NCBI GenBank assembly: GCA_001938485.1
Contig: MQRK01249777.1
Location: forward strand, 1-52,972
Source of the DNA: Girardia tigrina
Taxonomy: Eukaryota
DNA: 52,972 nucleotides
Direction: 5' to 3'
Both the position numbers and the translations under genes were made by a program. Positions 10,820-21,400 of the stretch are shown piece after piece; position 1 is the stretch's first letter; the number at the start of each line of letters is the position of its first letter. The notes below the pieces were generated by a model that was given only the letters and a program-made list of their open reading frames with translations, was not told the origin of the DNA and did not search any database.

Positions 10820-11875
10820 ATGATTGACAGCAGCAAAGTATTAGCGGAGCACGTGGTGGAGGTGCTCGATAGCTTCCAAAGGTTGACAAACGCTACGAGG
10901 GGCGATGGATCGGTCAGATCCAGTGGAATGAGGGAGCTACTCATAAAACGATGCATCTGCCCAATCAAGCAGACTATCGAAGAGGAGCAGCTTCGGGTGG
11001 AGTGGAAATTGGTCACTTCAGCAGAGAACCGAGCAGATCGCCTCACTCGCGTGCCTAGTAACTGTCTGATAGCGTCAAAAGGTCGACCGAATGTGGCGGC
11101 AGTAACAATGGAGGGAGAGGGGCAGCCGATAGATCGTCTGCAGGCGCTCTATGTTATCCAACATTTCGGGGTGAAGCGGACAATGTTCTTGGCGAGGAAA
11201 TTGTGGGGTCCATGGCGAATAACTGAGAAACAGGTGCAGATGGTGGTGAAAGGATGTCTTCAGTGCGCATCAATCGATCCGTCACCGGTAAAGTGGGAGA
11301 AATGCGAAATGTGTGTCAAAGAAACATGGAAGCGGCTCGCCATGGACGTGACACACACATCTGAAGGAAAGTACATGACACTGGTCGATTGCGGACCGGG
11401 GCGGTTCGCGGTATGGAGAAGGATCGCTTCAGAATGCGATGGAGATTTGTATGCCGCTCTTAAAGCGGTGTTCAATGATTTCGGCCCACCACAAGAGCTT
11501 TTACTGGATAATTTCACGAAACATCGTGGAGCGGCAATCCGACGATTGCTTTCGGAAATGAGTGTCGAAATTCGGTTTCGGTGCGCGAATCGACCCAGTG
11601 GAAACGGTATCGTTGAACGCTGCCATCGGATTATCAAGCGCATGGTAAGGCAAAGTGGGAAGCCGGTCCATAATATGGTTGCGTGGTACAACGCCACTCC
11701 AAATTCGACGGGTGTGATTCCGGCGTCCACAGTATTTGCACAACGGCGGCGACTGCCGCTACTGATCGATTTCGCGGACCAGCTTCAAAAGGACACTAGA
11801 GTTGTCTGGACGAGAGATCTACAAGTTGTGGACGCCGTGTTCGTGAAACCGGCGAGCAACACGTGCACGACGTAG
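10820..11875 (+). pseudogene. Gypsy pol remnant: RT YYDD region fused to RNase H C-terminus and integrase
   Basis: 351-aa ORF with the integrase HHCC-like and DDE regions. Confidence 0.85.
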
Positions 11876-12399
11876 TGGAAAAGATCAGTCGTGAGCGGAT
11901 TCTGCCCACCCCATCAGGTCGAGATTGACGGAGTCCCGTTCCAGGTGTCACACCTCAGGTGCGTGCACGAGAGCGGGTCAACAATGCCATCAGAAGGACT
12001 ATCAAGTTCGCGAGTGGTCCGCAGATCGACGAATGCAGTGATAGCTCAGACGAGGAGGACGAGCAGACATTGAATAACATAACGGATACCGTTAAAAACA
12101 GTCAGACTCAATCCGACGAGGTGCGGCAACCGTTCGGGCGGTAAGATTTGCTGATTATATGTGCACAGGAGTGACAGAACCAGATCCGAGCGAGACTCTG
12201 CAGTGCATAGAAGGCGTTCCACTATTTTTAAATAAAATATAAAAAACTTCAAATTCGAATGTTTTTATATTTGTCATAACTTTCAAGAATTTTCACATTT
12301 TTTGTAATAAATATATTTTGGATTCCTTAATAGTTATAGTTTATTTATTTATATTTTTGTCATGATGAATTTTCAAAAAATATTGAATTTCTGGACCAT

Positions 12400-12640
12400 G
12401 TGTATTAAATTCTAACACAACTTTCTCGTGTTAGAAACAGTTTTTTAATGGTTTAAGGTGCAGAAACGGTGCTTCGAAGATCAGGCTATCCAAATCAGAA
12501 ACCAATATATAATCATAGTTCAATATTCCAGTTTCACTTCACCAAAACACATCATAAAATGCTGGTAAGTCATTTGACATCAAAACAGCTTTATCGGACC
12601 ACTAGTTCGAGTTGTGGACCCGAAATATCGACTCCCAATC
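12400..12640 (+). mobile_element. Highly degenerate Penelope-like 3' end
   Basis: NFLVLETVF*WFK...EDQAIQ..KPIYN resembles the end of a GIY-YIG domain. It is followed by a GGACCAC...GTGGACCCGAAA hairpin resembling a decayed hammerhead stem II. Confidence 0.35.
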
Positions 12641-13416
12641 GATTAAATTAGTTAAAATTACCAATTTTTAAGTGACTTCTATTCACATAAAGTATACCCG
12701 TTCAATTTTTTTTCATTTACTAGTTATAAATATAATCAAACTTATAAAAGTTTTTTTATTCCCAACAATTATCAGTTTAAATAATTTATTAAAGATAACC
12801 GTTTGTTTAAATAATCCCGCCAATCAGCGCCAATTTGAAAATGGCACCAGTTTTCAGTAAATTACTCTCAAAACTAAATGTAAATCATTCCATTGGTTTC
12901 ACCGGCCTCGTTTTATCGGCAATCTTTCTACACGGATTACTAAAATCAAAATCTCTCAAATCGTACTTTAATTTTCCCCCTTTTTTTGAGTAACTTCGTT
13001 AAATAATTTAGCAATGATCAATTTCTATCGATTAATTTGAATAAAGATAAAAGTAAACCAGTAAGACTTTCATTTGTCAAATGAATTCCGATTGATTATC
13101 GATTAGAACGAGCTCAAAAAAATCGGAATTAATAAACATTTTTTAAAGTAAAACGAAATTTCAATGGAAATTGTTTTTTTTATGAATTTGATTTAGGAGT
13201 TTATTACACTTTATCAAAGTTCTCATTCCACACGCTTTTACTTTGCAGGTGAGAGGCTTTATTTTCATCGATTTTTATTCAATTTAAATATTGATTTGTG
13301 GTTTGTGTTCTATCAGTTTGGTATCGATAGTTGAAGTTGTGAGAATTTTGGGAAACTCGTATAAATTTGTGAATTTCAAATTTAACAATTAATTTTCCAA
13401 AACATTAAAAAATATC

Positions 13417-14110
13417 TTCTTCTTTTGACCTTAGCCATTGGGCCGTGGGTGCACCCCATTATAAACAAGTCTTCGCCACATCTCTCTATTTGTGGCTTCT
13501 TTTCTCAGACATTCCATACTCAGTCCAGTCCATTCTTTTAAATCGTCCATCCATTGCCTCTTTGGTCTTTCTCCTTCCACTCTTCCCTCAATCATAACCT
13601 TTTGCTAGTGCTTGTTTTCTTATTTGATGGCCGTAGAATCTGAGCTTCATTCTCTTGATGATCTCTTCTATTGATTCCGGTTTTTTACCTAGTATTTCTG
13701 TCACTCTCCTCCATACAAAGTCATTTGTCTTCTTTTCTTTCCACGTGATCTTCAGCATTCTCTTGTAGCACTTCATTTCAAACGCTTTAAGCCTATCCAT
13801 ATTCTTCTGATTTATTGTACAACTCTCGCATCCATAGAGGAGTGTTGCCCAGACAATAGCCTTAGTGATCTTCAATCTGCTCTTGAGATGGATTTCTTTG
13901 AGGTTAACAACTGTGCTAAGCTTAATCATTGGGCTTGTTGATATACCAATCCGGCTTCTGATTTCTTCTTCGCTTCCCCCATTCTCTGTCATAGTAGAGC
14001 CTAAATATTTGAAACTCCTTACTTGCTCCAGCTTCTCCCCTTCAATGAAAATCTCCAGTTTAACCTCGTTGTTATGGTTTCCTGAAACCATTATTTTGCT
14101 TTCAACAGAC
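13417..14110 (-). mobile_element. 5'-truncated LINE (RTE-like) with RT C-terminal region
   Basis: EQVRSFKYLGS...EEEIRSRIG...LLYGCES...AFEMKCYKRMLKITW...LRFYGH, then GRPKRQWMDDLKEW. It has a (GAA)-like 3' tail and approximate AAAAAATAT flanks. Confidence 0.88.
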
Positions 14111-14260
14111 AAAAAAGCAAAGCAAAGCAAAAAATATATCATAAATTAAAATAGAAGAATTTTGCGATTAGAATAAAATAAGTTAATATAAATTTTCATA
14201 ATAAAAAATGGAAATTTATTATCGAATATTTTCAATTAAAAGTGGTAATTAATTTTGATG

Positions 14261-15090
14261 TACCGCGTTGAGTCAAAAGTAATTCGTATTTTTATGCGAA
14301 TATTATATTTACACAATATCTTGACACTGATTATATTATTCCTCGAAATACAGTCATTCATTTTCAATGACTTGAAGCTATCTTTCTGCCAATTGATCGA
14401 TTCCATGGCGATAACATGCAGGTGTCTTGGAGGCGAAAAATTCAGAGATTCCAGTTTTGACCTCTTCTGAACCAAAGCGTCTCCCTTGTAAAAAGTGCGA
14501 GAGAGATCGAAACAGATGACAATTAGAAAGGGTGGAGAATGACTTTGATGTCTTGCAGTTCGTGAATTTTCTGCTTCACCCTTCGTGATATATAAGCTGG
14601 AGCATTGTCATGCTGTAGGATTGCTCTACCGCAATTCAATAATCCTGGGTAGTGAGTGCACAAAGCACCATGAACTCTCTATAATTATTCAGCATAAAAG
14701 TTATTATCGATGGCTCGACAATCAGGAACAAGTTCCCAGTGCACAGGTCCCTCATAATTCCACCAAACACACATCACATTCTTTTCGATGCGACCTTGAC
14801 GAACAACTTGTTAAGTTGGCTGATCAGGCTCAAGTCATTGCATACCTCCCTTAAAATCACGGAAGAAAATCCACTTTTCATCTCCTGTAATAATTCGATT
14901 CCAAAAACGGCTAAAATCAATTCGACGCTGGGCTTGAATATTTGTTAATTCTCGGAGAACTCGAAGTGGATTTTTATTTACAAAACCCAAGTTATGCAGA
15001 TGACGAACAATGGTACTTTGAGAATGGCCGAGCTCCTCGGACAGGGCTGCTGCTCCACCAGGGAATGAAACTCATCTTTGTTCCCCAACC
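14261..15090 (-). mobile_element. Degenerate mariner (DD34D) element, 5'-truncated
   Basis: Minus strand: IITGDEKWIF, CVWWNYEGPVHWELVP, ILQHDNAPA, FFASKTPA..HGIDQLAER. TIR-like GTTGAGTCAAAAGTAATTCGTATTTTT near 14269. Confidence 0.85.
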
Positions 15091-15287
15091 TGAACGTCGA
15101 ATTGTAACTTGCGATGAAAAGTAATGCAGACCAGCAAAATCAATGGTTGGACCCCAGACAAATGGCGAAACCGGTAGCGAAACGAGGTCGTTTCTCAAGG
15201 AAAGCACTTTTGTGTGTTTGGTAGAATTTCGAAGGCGTGTTTCACTTCGAGCTGGTTCCAAATGGTCGCACCATCGACGCTGACCTA
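15091..15287 (+). mobile_element. Second mariner transposase fragment, inverted relative to the first
   Basis: RRIVTCDEK...QWLDPRQMAKPVAKRGRFSRKALLCVW*NFEGVFHFELVPNGRTIDADL. Confidence 0.8.
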
Positions 15288-15463
15288 AAATATATTTTTA
15301 AATGGCGTTTATTTGTTTATAATAAAGAATTGCCATCTTTTTTCAAGTTTATTTGTAAAAAAGTATTTGTTTTATATTTTACTTGTTTTTATATTGAATA
15401 CAAATCTTGATTTTGATATTTTATTATCGTTTGTGAATTAAGTAAAATCTTTTATAAAATTAG

Positions 15464-18400
15464 GCCTTGTTGGTGTCGTTAATTGCAGTATCAATAATTG
15501 GAAGAACAATGTGTGATATTTGGGTAGTTAATTTTACTACCAAAATCGAAAGGTAAACTATAAAACTTTGATATTTTGTTAAGTCATAATTTAAGTTTAA
15601 TAATTACTCGTCAACAATCTGCATTTTATCAGGATTTAAAGAAATTTTTACTTGCTGCTCCATCAATTGCCTTAATAAATAATTTGTTACGGGTTTGATT
15701 AATTTTTTTTAATATTTTGTTACTGAAATAAAATTCATTAATTAGAATAATGTTACAGCTATAAAATGTTTAATGTCACTATGTTTTCTTTCAAAAAATT
15801 GAAAGAGAAGATTCCATTTTATGTATGATATCAAATGTATTATTACCATAATCATAAAAGTATAATGCTTCGCCATGTTTGAATCGAAAAACATTTAGAA
15901 AAAATTTTAGAATTTTGTTTTTATGAAAAAAATTAAAAATTGTAATTAATTTGTAATAATTAAACAAATAAAATTTTATTTTTTATATTGCAAATTATTA
16001 TATAAATTTCTATTTTCTAATTCTGTGATCTTTTGGAGGAGACAGCTCATTTCATAGTTATTCCCGCCGTTGCCACGCTTGATTGAATTATCGGGATTAG
16101 ACACATACGAATAATTTTCGAATTGATTACTATGTCGGTTTGATACGTTTTCAGACGCGCAGTTATCGATTGATTGGGTAGAAGTTGATCCGAATATTTT
16201 TTTTTGATAAAAATCTGACTGAAAATTCATCGTATTTATAAATGATGAAATATTAACTCAATTTGAAATACATTTGAAATAAATTAAAAGAGAGATAAAG
16301 GTATTCATTTGAATTTTTTTTACCTGCGGCAAATAATTATGACACGCAGTCACACACTGTGTTATACTGATTGATAAAATACCACCAACGTACCAAAAGA
16401 ATATTACATAATTTGATATATTCTTACACAGAATTTAACTTTGCAAAGTACGATTTCTCAAATACTCAAGTATAATCCTCTTCCAGCTTTTGATGTTGAA
16501 ATTTGGGATGAAATGAGAGCATTAAACTAGGGTGATTATGGTAATAATAATTATAATTATATTATACACAGTCATTTTTTGAAAACAATAACACAGAGAA
16601 AAAAGAATGTTAATCACTTCAATAAAAGATAAGTATAATGGATTTATTAAACAAAAGAATATAAACTTCATCTAAAGAATAAGTTTTTTTAATTTTTATT
16701 AAAGTCTTTGGAACACAAACATAGTTATTAAATTTTCTTAAAAGATTTACTTTCAAAAACTTGCGAAAATCGATTTTAAAATTTTTACTTGGAGAAAATG
16801 AAATAATTCCAGTGACAGTCGTACTGGACCAATTCGTGTTCTACTGAATATATTTTTTTCCATAAAACCTTGCAATCATTTTTGTAGCATATCAAAAGCA
16901 AACAACGGTCTATTTAATTGCATACAGCAAATATACTGTTTCTTCAACCTATTTTTTTAACCTTTTCATAACGCCCACCAAAGAATGAAACTTTTAGTAA
17001 TATTACTTCCTGAGTTTATTAAGAAGTGTCGAAAATATTGTTGTTTTTTCTTTCATTTATCTGGTTTGAACAAATCAAACTTCAGTTTTTTCTAATGATG
17101 GTCACAATCTGATAAATGAAAAAAATTGAAAAATCGATAGAAAAATATTAAAAAAATTTATTGAACAAAGAAAATAAAGTTTTCAGCCAAAGTTTTAGAA
17201 TAAAATCAAAACTTTTGAATAAAAAAAACGAATATAAAGTTTTTGATATCATCTAGATAAGTCTCCATAAATTTATGTTTTTGTCAGACAAGTATACACA
17301 TTTTTAAAACTATCTGTCAGTTTGATAAAATTATCCTATGAGTAAGAAGTGATTAGAATAAATAAATTATTTAGTTATAATACTTTACCTTGAATACAAC
17401 AGTATTAACCTAGACAAGTAGGTAGATCTTAAATTATTGAAAGGAAAGCCCCTTAGTTGAACCAGTGAGAACGTGAAACAAGAACAATCATTTGAGTGTC
17501 TGTGTTTGGTGCAGTCTCCAGGTTGCCATAGATACTGACTGCTGGTAGCAGAGTTATGCTGCTTTTGCGGTTCGTGCTGGGCCCATTTTTGAGATAATTA
17601 GTTGTTCATTGATTTATTTTTAAATTGCTAACAGATCGTTTTATAATTGTCAAATTCGTCAGCAAATAATTCGATTCACAAAAGATATAAAACACTAAGT
17701 CGTTTTCAAAAAATTCAAATTCTAAATTTCGTTCACAATAAAAAAATTAGATTCAAAATATTAGTTTCAAAACTGGTATCAAATTCGTTAGTAATCAAAA
17801 TTCAGCAGTTAAATTGCAAATAAACAAATCATCAGGTATAATCATAAATTCAGTCGTAAATTAAACGCAATAAAAGTTCGAAATCAGAATTGAATTCGTA
17901 AATTTTTAATCCTACATCATGAATTACTTCAAAGTAAAATAAATCGTGTTTCATAATTAATTCACGATCTAAAATAAATCGTAATCAGAACAATAAATTC
18001 GTATAAATTTCACAAATTAATTCGAAGACAAATTTAAATGTAATCATCGAAGATATTGTAAAGAAGACATAAATTCAGAACACTTCAAAATTCTGTGCTC
18101 TCAATTCAAGAATTATTGGGAGAAAGTAATATTGGGATCCTAAAATAATTATTCAAACTGCATTCTCTACAACTTTGTTGAAAGTTTTTAAATGATGTAC
18201 TGATGATATATTGATTACATACTCACTAGCTACACTACATAAGTAACTATCCTTTGAAAAAAACCTTTATGTTCCTAAAAGAATGATTAGCATATTTTTT
18301 AACAAATTTAGTATTATTATTTTATTTATTTTATTTAACTTATTTATTTAACGTTTATTTTATTTAACTATTTATTTAACTTTTAAATTCAAGTTTGGAA

Positions 18401-21400
18401 TAAGTCGATTAAAACTGGAATTTCGATCAAGATTATCTCAGTATTTCTATCAAAAATATATGAAGTAAGATTCATTTTTATGAAGTGTATCAAATAAAAT
18501 ATGTCGTTTAAAATTTTTCAAATATGCTTAGAAATTAATACTATATTTTGAGTTTTTCATTAAAAATATTTTTACAAAGTCTTCTATTTTTAGTGTTTGT
18601 TCTGGCCTTCTTGTTTTGACTTTTACGCAAAAAGCTAATAAACCATGTCTCTGGACATTTTTGATGATTTATAAACCATTTTCGATTCTTTTTATTCAAG
18701 TCAATTCGAAATCGACTTTTTATCAACAACTTTATAATATGTTTGTTAGGTTTCCTTAAAAGAATAAAAAATTAAGGATAGAAGGTATCATAGCTATTGC
18801 ATTTAAAAGTTACTAAGTTACTAAATGAAAATTTATCCGAATAATTGTTTAAAACGATTCATTATCGAAAATCATATCAATTTAGCTACATGTTAAAGTA
18901 CGAAAGCTTTACTGAGAATTGTTTCCAAGACAATTCAAACTGTGATAAAAATAAGTGTGGAAAATCTTATTGGTGTTCTAAATAGCATCAATTAATAAAT
19001 TTATTTCGGACACTAAAACCAAGACATTTAGTTTGGACAAATCTTATTGTGAAGTACTTATTACAGAAAGAAATCCAATTTGTTTGATAATCATTAAAAA
19101 AACATTTGAACAATATTTATTAAGCATATTAAAAGAACATTTAGAAAAGTCTCGTTTGAATTTTTATTACAATCACATTTAAAGTCATTATGACTCTCAG
19201 AAAGTCTTTCATCGTTTGTCATCGTTCTAATTTGTTTTCTTATTTCTATTTTTAATCATGATTATTCGAACAATTTTTAAGTCATTTTGTAAAATATTTA
19301 ACTTCTAAAAATTATTAATTAAAAATAATATTTTTTAACATTTCTCAATAAATCCCAAAATAATAAAAATGTCATCAAATTATTAAAAATCTATTTAATT
19401 TAAATTTTACTAAAAATAATAAACTTAATTTTAATTGTTAAATTAAAAAAATATGAACTTATAAAATGATTATTTTAATTTGGTTCGAATAGTCAATCAG
19501 TTTAAATTTAAATAAACAAATACCAATTTTCATCTGTGTGGGAGAATCACCATTCTAAATTCAACATACTTAAATCAACATATAGCATCAATATATTTAC
19601 ACATTCAAACAATTTAAAATATTCCTCACATACTCTCTGAACCTCTTTTTGTAAAAAGATAATCGGTAATTAACATCTTGCGCGATTTATTATTTTAATT
19701 AATTTTTAAAATATTACTGAATTTTTAGAGATTTAAAAACATTGTATACTTTTATTAATTGTTGCATCACTATTAGGTGTACAAGTATGAAATGCGGATT
19801 AAATTTTGAAAAGAAATACGTTAAAAACAAAAGAACGATAAAAAAGCTTTATTCAAAATATGCTCCATTACTAATGATACATTTGTCNNNNNNNNNNNNN
19901 NNNNNNNNNNNNNNNNNNNNNNNNNNNNNNNNNNNNNNNNNNNNNNNNNNNNNNNNNNNNNNNNNNNNNNNNNNNNNNNNNNNNNNNNNNNNNNNNNNNN
20001 NNNNNNNNNNNNNNNNNNNNNNNNNNNNNNNNNNNNNNNNNNNNNNNNNNNNNNNNNNNNNNNNNNNNNNNNNNNNNNNNNNNNNNNNNNNNNNNNNNNN
20101 NNNNNNNNNNNNNNNNNNNNNNNNNNNNNNNNNNNNNNNNNNNNNNNNNNNNNNNNNNNNNNNNNNNNNNNNNNNNNNNNNNNNNNNNNNNNNNNNNNNN
20201 NNNNNNNNNNNNNNNNNNNNNNNNNNNNNNNNNNNNNNNNNNNNNNNNNNNNNNNNNNNNNNNNNNNNNNNNNNNNNNNNNNNNNNNNNNNNNNNNNNNN
20301 NNNNNNNNNNNNNNNNNNNNNNNNNNNNNNNNNNNNNNNNNNNNNNNNNNNNNNNNNNNNNNNNNNNNNNNNNNNNNNNNNNNNNNNNNNNNNNNNNNNN
20401 NNNNNNNNNNNNNNNNNNNNNNNNNNNNNNNNNNNNNNNNNNNNNNNNNNNNNNNNNNNNNNNNNNNNNNNNNNNNNNNNNNNNNNNNNNNNNNNNNNNN
20501 NNNNNNNNNNNNNNNNNNNNNNNNNNNNNNNNNNNNNNNNNNNNNNNNNNNNNNNNNNNNNNNNNNNNNNNNNNNNNNNNNNNNNNNNNNNNNNNNNNNN
20601 NNNNNNNNNNNNNNNNNNNNNNNNNNNNNNNNNNNNNNNNNNNNNNNNNNNNNNNNNNNNNNNNNNNNNNNNNNNNNNNNNNNNNNNNNNNNNNNNNNNN
20701 NNNNNNNNNNNNNNNNNNNNNNNNNNNNNNNNNNNNNNNNNNNNNNNNNNNNNNNNNNNNNNNNNNNNNNNNNNNNNNNNNNNNNNNNNNNNNNNNNNNN
20801 NNNNNNNNNNNNNNNNNNNNNNNNNNNNNNNNNNNNNNNNNNNNNNNACACTACATAATTACTCAATATTATGACATCATTGCCTAACCATTGACCTACT
20901 TTTTGCATTGTGCACAATCCGTTTTCTGAAATCCGCATTTCATACTTGTACACCTAATATAAATTATTATATAATTAATAATAATGGATTTTTCATTTAA
21001 TAATAATTTAGTTCCGTTGTTCAAGAAGTGATGTTATTCATAAATACAATCTAAATCTAAACGTATTACAAGTACATTAACATATCAATCCAACATCATT
21101 CATATATCCATCCAAATACTAATGATTGTGAGGGATCTAATTTAATTAATTAAAATTTTATTTTACTATTGTGAGGAATATTTGGTGTGTTGGTGTTTTT
21201 GTGTAGTGTTTGCATGTTTAAATGTTGTGTGTTGATTTGGGATTGTGTCTCATAATCAGATGGATGATTAATATTTTAATTCTTATAATCTGAAACTAAT
21301 TTATTTAAATTTAGATATTCAAATTTAATATTCAAATTTTTAATTTTTATTATTGAAACTTTTAAATAATTTTATTGATTTTATTTTTGTAAATTTTTAA

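Larger units (their letters stand above)
8855..12220 (+). mobile_element. Ty3/Gypsy LTR retrotransposon, degenerate, internally deleted, 3' LTR missing
   Basis: GC-rich island. Gag with CCHC knuckles (CYCCGGIGHLAREC), protease (AMVDKGCSTS), RT (YYDDIMID), RNase H C-terminus (SAENRADRLTR), integrase (H..GVKRT..CLQC, AMDVT, LLDN, GNGIVER). Many stops and frameshifts. Confidence 0.92.

Noticed and set aside
9041-12252. Many overlapping antisense and alternate-frame ORFs
   Set aside because: Expected shadows of GC-rich Gypsy coding sequence
15714-15825. Possible ABCD3 exon suggesting pseudogenisation
   Set aside because: The proper in-phase exon ([24 protein letters not shown]) is at 18394-18464
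15976-16230. 84-aa minus-strand ORF in an ABCD3 intron
   Set aside because: Low complexity, no recognisable motif or gene structure; cannot be supported
17440-17600. GC-richer hairpin-like patch (CTGCTGGTAGCAG) as a ribozyme
   Set aside because: Lacks the CUGANGA/GAAA core; likely TE untranslated sequence
19742-20953. Long 360-381 aa ORFs in the track
   Set aside because: Artefacts of translating through an N gap
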